A DNA stretch of 25,305 nucleotides from contig CAZBJT010000001.1 in NCBI GenBank assembly GCA_964492215.1, forward strand, positions 1 through 25,305, read 5' to 3'. This document shows, one piece after another, positions 12,001 through 24,000 of this stretch (the first letter of the stretch is position 1; the number at the start of each line of letters is the position of its first letter). A program made the position numbers and the translations under genes. Source of the stretch: an uncultured Planctomycetales bacterium (GTDB taxonomy: Bacteria > Omnitrophota > Gorgyraeia > Zapsychrales > Fredricksoniimonadaceae). Below the pieces are notes generated by a model, which saw only the letters and a program-made list of their open reading frames with translations, was not told where the DNA came from and ran no database searches.

Positions 12001-15000
12001 CTGATATGCTTGCGCGCGGGCTTTAGGGTAAACCGCTTCTAACTCATCTAAAATCGGGCCTTGCTCGGCATCACTTTGAATTAGAAAATTACGTGCCAGG
12101 TAAAGATAAACGTATTTCTTGGCCGCATCGGTTTCTTTATCGGCATATTTCTTCCAGGTCTTGGCCCAAAGCAGCACATCATCGGCGTAACGCGGATAGA
12201 ACTCAAACGTTGAAAATTCATGAATGATATCTTGGGTAACACGGACGGCGGTTGCTTTGTCCGCGCCCATGATGCCCGTATAACGGACCACCTCATGCAC
12301 CAGCTCGACGAATTGCCAGTGCATCATCAGCACATCTTCTTTTCTGCTTTTATGCCATGCCAAAAATGGTTTGCCTTTTTCTCCGGTTACTTGCACTGTG
12401 ACAGTTTTATTAGCAAAATTCTCGGGCGTCATGAGCGCCTTGACTATGCAGGTGACATCCTCAAGAATGACTTCCCAATCACTGCCATAGAGCTTCTTTA
12501 CCTCTTGATGCCAATTCCTGTTTTCAGCAATGAAATCAAACCCGCGATCTATCTGTTTGCTGACTCCGCCAAATTCTTGAGGCACATAGCTCTCAATCCC
12601 CCCTGCTTGCTTACGTATGGTGATCTGCGGTTTAAAGATATTCCTCAACGCAAGCGGCCCGGCCAAAGTCCGGGTCATGTCCCGTCGATGTGGGGCCTTC
12701 TCAAACGCCGGGCTGCGATGCACCTCAGCCCCGGCCATGGCTGCTTTGGTTAAAAACACCGGCAGATCACAATTCATGTCCACAACGGTCTTGCCGCGTA
12801 ATAAGGAAAATTCCACATTCAACCGCTCATTGCCCCGTAATCCCGGGACCATGAAATTAAACACGGCCTGCGCACCGGCGACAAATGTATTCAATGAACC
12901 TGGATGACCGAGATAAATGCGGACTTGAGGGGTTTCTATGAGGACGTCTTTCACTAATTGCTTGGCCTTGCGCTGATCCGCATCAAAGACAAAAATCCTG
13001 GCTTCCGGTGCATGACGGCTGATGGCCCGTGCCCAAAAATGCGCCGAGGCACCCGCCCCCAGAAAAACCAAGTCCTTATGATTATTTAGTCCCTTGCCTA
13101 AGCCCTGCAAAAATTCACTCGCCCAGGTTTCTCTTCCGTCAGCAATAAATTGCTCATGGGAACGCTTAAGATCTTCCAAATTGAATCTGTCTGGCCGTAA
13201 TGCCCTTTGCACAGAAAATCCCTTCCCATAGCAATAAGCCAAAGACGAACTCATAGGGCCATAAAACAAGAACCTCGCCAAACCAGGTTCACCTTGCCGA
13301 TGGAAAAATGGATAAATCCCTTTATCCCAAATCCAAGTACCTTCGTACACTCCTTTTACACGTGGACCTTCATCACGTAATGCATAGAAACGTAAAACCT
13401 CCAAAAATGAGAAACGATCTTTCCAACGCTTATGCTGTTGAGGAATATTCTCCCGCTCTTGCTGTGTCCCGCGAAGGACGGACCAATCATCGATAGTCAA
13501 TTGATTTCCTTTAAGCCAGGCATGGGCTTGAGCTTCTAAGAGGTCTTCCACTAAGAGACGTACTTGGTTCGTAAATTCCATATGCGAAGACTCTGTCTCG
13601 ATCAACATCTTCCCTAACGCGTAAATGGATGCGCTGGTAGCGGCACGTATGGTAGAGTTAGGATTATATTTTTTATCAGGAAAACGGGCGGTGAATACCT
13701 TCTTGGCTTCTTTTAAATCAACTGCAGGACATTCAATATTTTCCAGAAGCGCCCATATTTTATAAGCCTTATCTACAGGCAGGTTACTTAATTGATAGTC
13801 GCCTACACTCATGCGCTCATCTGCAATAGGACTGGATAACTTAAGCATCATGGGATGGAGCGTGTCTTTAATGCCCGGGGGCATGATCAAATCTCTGGAT
13901 CGTTTTGGTTTAAATTGGTCGAATATCACAGCTAACTCCGGCGGGGAAGGCAAATCTACCAGACGGGTCAATTGATCGCTGTAGCTGGCATTAAATGCCC
14001 GTGTGGCTTCCACCGCCAGGCGATGGGCCTCTTGGGGCGAATGACTTTGCATGAATTCCAATTCTGTGATTTCATGAAAAGCAATGACCTGCAATATTTG
14101 TTCGATGTCTGTGGAGCTGGTACACAGATGTATCCATCGATCCGCCACCACATCGGAGGAGAAATAAATCGCCAGGACATCGTCTTCTTTCCGGGCCCAG
14201 ATAAATTCCTTAGGCGGCCCGTAAGTATCCAGCGGCTTGATACATTCTCTAAATGAAATCTTTTGCCCTTGAAATTCTTTAAAGAAATTAAATACCGGTT
14301 TCCACGCTTGTTGATCATCAGCTAATGCCGCCGCTGCCTGACGTTCCTCGATGGTCATGTTTCCCCAAAAGCCTGCCGTGCCACCTTTAACTTCCGCATC
14401 TTTCTTAAATGTATTTTCATTGCTGCCCACCCAGGCATTCTTATCTCCGACTTGCGCTAGGGTCAAGGGTTCGCCGTCCATGGTCTTATCGGCTTGCCTT
14501 TTACTGACAACATGGTAGATGATCTGCAAGCCATCTTCGTCGAGGTACTCGCCGGTTTTCTTTAAAAAGACTTTCTCTAAAATATCATCTAATTCTAAAG
14601 AGCGGTGAATCAGCGCTGCGTTAAATGTTACTGTATGAATATCGTTAAAGATGCGCATGCTGTGCGGTAATTGCTGTTTTAACTTACGACGCAATTCACG
14701 TGCTTGATCAAGCTGACCGTGTGACTCCAAAAATTTAAGCAAGCAATTCGGATACTTGCGGGCTAAGCTTAAACCAGCAGCCATGATCCGTTGCCTCATG
14801 GCTGGTTTTGAGCCTCCTCCCTTCAGAATGGCCCTAATTGTCCCAAGATCGACTTTTGCTTTTCTGGCTATTTTGCGCCGACTTATTTTGCGCTGTCTTA
14901 TTTTCGGGTCGACGAGACTCTGTAAATATTCGCGTAGAATAGTATTGGGGTGTTTCTGCTGCTTTAATTTGCTTGCTACATCAAGCAGGTGCCTGCGGAT

Positions 15001-18000
15001 GGGCGGCTCGGTCTTGTTGCCTTGCCGGGCATTTATAACTTCATCCACAACGCTGTATGAAACTTTAGAAATGCACGAAATCTCCTTCATGGAATATTCC
15101 AATGCCGAATCCCGGATTTGGCGACGTAAATGTTTTTGAGGACTATCTTTCAGGGTATCCAGCGCCGTCTTAATCTTCTGATATGTAAAGAAAGTGGGAT
15201 GGCTGCGGCGACTTAAGATAAGGGCGATCGTTTGCCGCCTCACACCGGACAATTTGCTAATTTCATCTTGTGTATGTTTCAAGTCGATCTTTTTTTGAAT
15301 GTCCTCAATTAATGCATCCAATTGCTCGTGAGAAATAAGCGGTCCGGATGGTTTATGTGCAGGTCTTTCTCTTTTAGGCAGTTTAGCTACCTTGGCTGAT
15401 ATTTCTCTCGTTAATGCCCCATTTTTTACCTCTCCAGATAGCAGTCGCCTCAAACGACTAGAGCTGAGACCAAGATGTGCAGCTATTTCCAGCAATGTAT
15501 AACCTGCCGTTACTGCTTTATTAACGGCTTCCTTGCAGTGAACTAAAGACAAACTTATATCTTCAGGAGGCAGTTGGAATCGTTGTGGCTGTTGAGGCAT
15601 TGCTACCGCAGAAGGATGATCATTTGGAAAAAGAACTTCTAAAATAGCCTGGCGCCAATTAAATTTACGCATCTGCGTTTTCCTATGTGCAGGTATAATC
15701 TCTACATAATCTCCATCGATAGATTTTACATGGCCACCCACTAACCCCGCACCCGCTGGACCTGGATACCGTATTTGATCTCCCTCTTTAAGTTGATATC
15801 CTCTTTTTATTGCGTCCATCAACGGATGCCACTTTTCTAAATCCTCGTCTATGTGCAACAACAAACCTTTCCTTGCCTGATACACATTCCAGTTAAGCTC
15901 GAAATGCTTATCACTGGCGGCTGCCATGGCTATTCCGTTTACTTTGCGTTGAACTTCGGCAGGTAACGTAACCGGTACACGGCTGGCAGGATAAAAATCT
16001 CTCAATGCCAGCTCACGGGCTGCTTCATAAGCTAAATCAACAAGGGTCGCCTGCTCATATAAAAAGTCCCAATCAGCTTGTTTGGCATCCCGCCAATCCA
16101 TCTCAATCAAGTCAAAAACCCTCTTATGTTTTAAAGCAAATGCCCGACGGGAATTTTCATCTCTTTTATAGCGACGGGGTTCTTCTTCTCCTCTTGCCGC
16201 AAGGCGCATATATTCTTTAACAGCAGCATCACCGGCAGCTAATGCGATTCTCAGCCCCGGCGCATACGCCTGTTGCATAGCCAATAAATGGTGACTGTCA
16301 CCATTTATTTTGCGTTGGATGCGGGTGATATGGTTGCGCCAATTGATGTGGAGGATAAAATCGCCGTCGTCCCAGGCGCGCAGGGTTTCGAGCATTAACG
16401 GAGGGCCGTTTACGTCTGGTTTTTCAGAATTGACGCAATCGTATATATTAGCGGCCCGCACCTTTTCGAGAGGTTGGACGGACAAAGCTGCAGCTGACTT
16501 TAATGTCTGCGCCATGGGCAGGTCGATATCTTCAAATCTATCGCCGACAATCACGGTACGGCGCATATCAAAAGATGTTTTGAAATATTTCTCCAATACT
16601 TTCCACTTGCGTAAATACCTTAAGCTTTCCCCTTTGTCCCAAACAAATTCTACCGATCTTTTAGTTAGGGGATCTCTTATCTTTATTGTTTTGCGAGGAG
16701 TAAACAAAAGCATGGTTTGGCGTACGAAAAAAGCAAAAGATCTTAATAAAACATCCAGATTAATAATTTCCCGCGTCAATGGCCATGGGGTTATCGGCGC
16801 AAATGTGCCATTACGGACATCAGTGAGTCGATGGGCATAAGTAACCCGGGACAGAACGATCACTCGGGAACGCACATCTTCATCCAACAGGCTGATCCAA
16901 TCCTGCCAAATGTCTTTCTCATCATCAAGACTATTAATGACCTGTATACCGCCAGTGTGCAAGAACCGGTTGTATTCTTTGACCAATTCTTCTTCTGTCT
17001 GGAAACGCCATTTCCCTCCCTCTTCCACCGGCTCATAAACCAGCGTGCCGCGAAAATCATCGACGCGGATCATTGATGCCGATGAAGTGCGCATATTGAT
17101 CAAACCCAAATCATAGGCTAAATGTTTAAAGACACGGGTCAAATAGCCTTGAGATAAAGGCACGCCATAGGTGAAAAATAAACGCAGGGCTTTTTGCTGC
17201 GGGGGGGCATAATCATGCCAGCGGATCAATGTTTCCGTATGGCCGAATGACCGGGCCGCTTCTTCAATAAAGACAGCGCCGACAAAAACAATCGCCGCCA
17301 ATGCTATCAATTTCCACCAGATGAAATATCCGCCAACAACCATGTGTAATATCAATTGTGAAATACCCACTACTAATAAAATCAAGGCGGGATAGCGGAA
17401 CATGGGTAGCATGGCCTGAGGAGAGTCCGTTTCTGTCGGTTGATCTTTTGGTGCCCTGGCCCAGCCTTTTTCGGCGATCTGTTCCGGCGTAAGACCCAAT
17501 TCACGCAAATAATGCCAATAGGTCGGCCACCACTCCTTAGCGAATGAAATCGTCGTGTATACCGTTGGTAATTTACGTGCTTTCCAACCCTTAAAAGTAA
17601 GATCAGGTGCGGCTGAGCCTAAATTATCGCGACCCGCCTGTAACAAAGCCTCTTTGGTCCATTTCGTTGCACCCTGGCTTTCCCTGGCACTCATGTCCTT
17701 CTGACGCTTGGCCAAAGCTTCTTCATCTGCCAATTGATGCTGTTCAGCATAGCGGCGGACTTTCCGACGGAAAATGGATTTCCAATCCCGGATCTTCTGC
17801 TGTTCTAATGACGTACCGCCATGCCGATTTTGCCAATTCATACGGATAGCATCATGAGAACTTTGCTTCAAATACCCCTGCAAGGCGCTATCGTTCAACA
17901 GGACAAATTGCTCATCCTCAGTCAATTCAATTTTCATCTGCCTCACTACGTTCAAAGGCATACATAACTCTGCCATTAATGCCTCAAGCCCGTCTTTGCC

Positions 18001-21000
18001 CTCTTTGACAATTTCCAATGCCGCCTTTAACAAACGTCGTATTGATTGAGACGAAAGGTCTGCAATGGGCCCTGCTAGAAGATTTTCCGCATCCAAGGTT
18101 CTAATCACTGTTACTGGGTCAATATTTTTCTCACGATTGACCCCTGTTAATAACTGCAAAATTCCTCGGTGCACAGCCAAAAGATACGGCCAGGTCTTTA
18201 ACATTTTCTCCTCGGTAAAACCTTCCGTGTATGATGCGGGATATGTTTCCATCACCCGTGCATGGATAAGCTTGATATCATCTATCGTAGACGGCACCTC
18301 GACATGCAAAGACCGACGCCCGGTTATGACAAAACCCAAAATCATCAGCACCATATTTTTACTAAATTGCTCATCGCCTAGAGCGGTATACAAGTAGCCC
18401 TCTATTTTTAATGCTTCTATCGCACCGTCAGATAATCCACTCAACGTCTTGATCTCTTCCAGCGAATATCTTTCTTGGGATGATTTATACACTTGATTCC
18501 AAATGGCGCGAAAATGGTCAGGACGGTCGGTGGGCAAAGCGCCAAAAATAACAGGCAATGTTTCAATCAAGACATCCGTAAGATCATCTTTATGGTGGGC
18601 TTCAATAAGGCTTAGCGGCACAGCCCTGTTGTGGACCTTCGAGAATTGCCAACGGGCACGTGGTGCTGCATCAGGATTTTCTCGCAACTCTTTAAGCAAG
18701 TAAATTTGAACTTCTTGGGTTGGTTCATATGTTACAAAAACCCCGTCCATCGTGACTTCAGGTAAGGCTGGAACAAAAAATAATGCGTATCGGAGCTTCT
18801 TCTGTTGGCTGGAGACGACTTCTGACTTGAAACATTCTTGGCCATCTAACCCTTGGCCTGTTGTAAACCATGCTCCTATGCGATCGACCATGGCATTGAC
18901 TTCTTCACCATTCGACTTTCCCGCACGATACTCTAAAAGAGAACCGGTTAATGCCTTCTTGCCCAGGTTAAGAGGACTTTCTTTAACAGGTTCAGTGGTG
19001 ATCGCTGCTTCAACAACAACGGAAGCAGGGACAATAACAGTGGCATCGGATTCTTCTGGAGCAGGCGGAGCCCTTGGCGCTGCCGGCTCAGGTGTGGGTG
19101 ATACTAGCTCTGGTTCAGACGCAGGTGCAAGTACAGGTAGTGGTTTTGGTAAAGAATTGGTAGACGCTACCAATTCTTTTTGGGCTGCCGGCGGTGTTCT
19201 GGGTGAAGGGATGGGGGTGGTGCTTGTTGGGGGGATGATTTGCCGGGTATGGCCATTGTCTCTCATGAGTTTTACAATCTGTCCCTTTTTCTCGGCGATC
19301 ACATGGACGACTTCCCCTTCAAAACGCATAAACTCGCCTAGAAAATCATGACCATCAAATATAGCCAATATCTCTACCGGATAAGCCCGACGGCTAAATG
19401 TGACAAGCCCGGAATCCCGACGTGCACCTTGACTGCCTTTGGCAAAAACGAAACGTAATGGACTGCCTCCTACTACCGGGATTTCGATTACACCCTGGTG
19501 CAAGCGGGCAGAATAATCAGAGATATCCGACAACTCTGCCCCATTACGATACCATGTCGCCAAAGCAATGGATTGTGCATCGTCCAGATCAGGCTTAATT
19601 CCTGCGGAGGCTGCATCAGCGGCCGCCCCAGAGGCATCTGTAACAGTCTCTTCTGCAATACCAGCTGCTGGTTGCGGATCAATAAAAGAATTGGTAGACG
19701 GCACCAATTCTTTTGCTGGGGCGGGGATGATTTTGGCTTTTGTTCCGTCTTCCATGACTTGATGCACGATGACGTTCTCTCCCCGTCCTGTAACTACGAC
19801 ACGGATCACTTGGCCTTCGAAACGCATAAACTCGCCTAATACCATCCAATGACCTGACACTTCTCTTAACACCTGTAACGTCTCTACGTTATCAGAATAA
19901 AACTTACGGCTTAGCGTAACTTCACCGTCGGGTATGTCATTGCCTGTATTGTCTTTGAATAAACGGAATTGTAATAAACTAAAATTCGGCACCACGATGT
20001 TAACATCCGAATAGACCGGCCATTTTCGTTTGTCCATTTCGATCAGACTTGCAGGCTTAAAAGGGGTGCTCTCAATATGGGCCGGATAATCTCCAAATGA
20101 AAGTGCATGACCTTCCTGATGATACCAACGGGCCAATGCGGGAAAATCAGCATTGCTCATACGTAATTCTTTCATCACTTCCTGTATAAATGCATTGTTT
20201 TTCCAATCAGGATGTTCAGCCAAATTAGAAAGCAAAGCGAAGCGCGCACCTGGTAAATTCTCAAACCTTATGGCATTTCTTACCTCAACCCATACGGTTT
20301 GCGGGCTCTTGAGTTTTTCATCTTGGTAAACATCAATGACCACTTGCGCAATGTCCACATCAATATCCAACTTGGCATTAGCTTCATCCAAATGGTCGAC
20401 GATACGCACAAAATAATCTAACAAAGCTGAAGCTTTAGGTGCGGTCAATATTTGATGGTTACCGGCATGGGTACGAAATATATCAATGCCGTCGCTTATT
20501 TCCTTCAAGTTTTCCATGGTGGGTGGATTTAGAAAATTAGGGATATCGGTAAGCTGCACCGCAGCAATTTGGGCTTGAGTCCCAGCTATATCTAAAGCAC
20601 TTTTAAGTACGGCGGATTTACGGGCCACACTTTCGGCCCTCTCTTGCTGCACAACAACCTCGCCTTCCTTCGTTGCCATGGGGACTTGCATGTTGCTTAA
20701 AACGTTGACCAGCGCACGGCGACCATCCTGCTTCACCTTAAGCAGACGTGCCTCTTCATCCCGAAGAGCTTTGGCGCGGCGTTCTTCACGCTCTTGGTCT
20801 AACAGGCGCATCAAGGCATCGAATTCTTTTAATTCCTCGGGGAATCCTTCTAAAGCTTCACGCACAGTACCAACCAATGGCAGGGCTTTTGCATCATGAT
20901 CGCCGCTGATCAAGGTCTCGATCTCATTACCCCGCTGGGCAACTAGGGTATCGCGCACCCGACGGGCTTCGGCTTTTTCCGCTGCTTCTTTGGCCTCTTT

Positions 21001-24000
21001 AGCTAAACGCACATCATCACGCCGTTTGAATTCTGCCTGACGTAATATTTTTACCTGTGCATTAAATGTGGTGAGCTCATTGGCATCTTTAAGTAATCGT
21101 TGTGCTTCCTGGATCAATTCATTGACTTGTGCATCTTCGATTTCTTTAGGTAATGATGTTTTGATAGCAGCAATGGTTTCATTCACATACCCGGTGATGG
21201 CAAGTGCGCGCATGGGTTTAAGAATCTCTTTGCGGCGGTTGCCCGCTTTTTCCCATAGCCCATGCAACAATCTCCAGGCTTTCTGCATCTCACCTTTTTC
21301 CATATGCAAACGGCAATCGGCTAAATTTTGTGAATCAGAAGGTATAGATGTAGTGGTATTAATCACTGCAGCAAACCATGTCCCTATGGCCTGAAGGGTA
21401 CGGGCAAAATCATCGGCGCTCTTAACACCGACGACAGGTTTATCCAGGCGTTGTTTCCATGCCCTTTGTTGTGCGGCCATTTGCTGCATGCTTTCAGCTT
21501 TGGCTTCAGTCAACGGCTGAACAAAAGCTTCGCTTAAAAAACCATTAGTCTGATCTGAACTTCCAGTCAAGGCCCCACGGGTTGCATACCGGCTGCTCAA
21601 GGCCTGCTCAAGGGACGTGTCGTACAAAGCTTCATAACGCCCGCGCACAAAGTCATAAGCACCGGCGACATTATGAGATTTAGGGCCCAACATTGCATCA
21701 GTCAGGATAGCTATGCCAAGTTCAAAGAAAAATGCCGGGCGCGTACTCTCAGGCAAAGATTTTACTAAATGCCTTAATTCAGGCAATGCAGCCAGCCATG
21801 CCGGGGCTAATTGTTTGTCGAGTTTTTTGGTAAATTCTTCCATACCGTCGGCAGGTATCAACCAAGCCCCTGCGGCATCACGGGCTAACCCTAGAGCAAT
21901 AAGCGGCCAATACATTTGGCAGGCATCGGATTTTATTAATTCGACGATTGTTCTCTTCTGCTCAAGGATCTTCCAACGCTTTAAAGCTTCAGGTTCGGCG
22001 ATATCCCATTGGGCGATTTTATTGAAGGTGCTGGAGATTTCCGGCAGCTTGGGGACGGTCACTTCCACCGTGGCTGGTACTTGCTGTACGGGGGGTTGAG
22101 CATCCTTAGCCCCTTCTGGGTCTGGATTCCCGTTGTCACGGGAATGACATTCAGGGACAATAACGGCAGCTTCAACTTCCGCTGTTATAGGTGCTTCAGG
22201 CTTTTCTTCTTTAGCTGGTTCTGGTTGCTCTGGGGCCGGCTTCTTTGGCTCTGGTTCTTTTGCAGGCTCTGGTGTTTTCGGAGTATGGACTTTTACTTCT
22301 TTCATTTTTTCCACCGGCAAGGCTTCTTCATACTGAGTCAAATCGCCTAAATCAATACCCTCGGTATGCCTTAAGGTATTGCGTACAATCTCCCGGGCTT
22401 CGGGCCATTCAATGGGTTGCGCGCTTTTCTTCGTTACTTTCTTACGGGCAGCAAACTCTGTTAAAACACCTTCGAGCAAAGGCAAAGGTAATTGCCCAGC
22501 TACGTGTGCTTTAGCCTGTGCTTGTTTTGGACGTGCCACCGTATCGCTTTGATAATCCGGCCATAACATTTCCATCACCGCATAACGCAATAATTCCAAA
22601 GAATTAATATCGGCAAACATCCGGGAATCTTCCACGGTAAGGGGATGGCCAAAGTCTTCCCTGGATAACTCATCTGCCAGGCGTTCCGATGCATTAAGGG
22701 GGTACGGGACCATTTGCACAATATAGCCATGATTGTCAAAACCAGCCTTCAATCCCTGGCGCTGCTCGTCGATGCTGCGCAGCTGTAACGGCCTGGCTAA
22801 GGCCCGGGCTTGCAGCACATAAGCCATGGCATCCAAATACCCTTTCACATTCCCTAATAAAAGCGCATCCCGGGCTTTGTCTTCCCAATAATAGGCGCGT
22901 GTCAGATAAATCCAACTATCTAATTCAGGACGGATATGTTGGATGCGTACATTGATCGTACTTTTACTTCCATTATCGGCCAGGCGCTTAGTTAATTGTT
23001 CCTGCAGTGCAATCGCATAATCGTATAAAGCTACGGTGAATGCTTCGCTTTCATTGCGCGCGATGATATCACGTAATTTATTCCAAGCATTACTCAATCC
23101 TGAGGCAATGACACCTTGCTCATACCTGCCAAAAATTATTTCTAGTTTAGTTTGATTCTTAAACGCGATTTGACGCATAAAAGTCATATTCATCTGCTCG
23201 CTGCCGACGCGGTCGTTTAATTGGTATGTCTTCTCATCGGATTGATAAAGGATAGGACGGTAATCATTAGGGACCATCAAATACACAACCGCTTGTTGGG
23301 GCTCAGGAGAATCCGTGACTTGCCGGACTAATTCATTGACCTGTTCATCCAAAGCCGGACGCAAGGCCTCTAAATTTACCTTGTGGAATGAATCCACCGG
23401 CAGCACGACATGGCGATTACCCTTGCCGCCTAAATATTGCGGTTGAATAAACCCAGCTAAAATATCTTGCGGGATACCTAAACTTTCTAACCATGCCACC
23501 GCTAACCGGGGCGCTTGGGCTTTTTCAAAGAGCAAAGATTCATCCAAACCACCGGTCACCGCATCATCAGCTTTATGCTTTTCTAAACTGCGGATAAACT
23601 CCAAAATTTGATCATCGGTTAAATTGGCACAGAGCCGATCAAAAGCCCTGGCTTGCTCACTGATACTTTGGGGACGGATATAATCAAGCAAGATATTCCA
23701 TAAGGCCTCACGGATAAATAACGGCAAAGCAGCCTGTACATCTGCCTCGGGTGTCAGTGTGCTTAAGTCTCGCTTAATCGCCGCTTGGACTAATTTAGAC
23801 TGGATGGGAAAATCTTCTTCCGTATATTGCCCTGCCCGTTCCACATGAATACCTTCTTCAGATAAAAGACCGTCTAAGTCCAAATATTTATTGGTCAACA
23901 TCAAACAGCGCGAGCGCCCTTCTTTATAATCTGCCATCTTCTGTGCATATTGGTTTAAGAAGGCTATTTGATGCTGATGAATGCGGCCGGCATAATACAT

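Noticed and set aside
19151-19181. Hairpins as intrinsic terminators of the giant gene
   Set aside because: They lie inside an uninterrupted CDS, have AT-rich stems, and copy B has only a 3-U tail on the coding strand; kept only as a possible antisense or pausing role.
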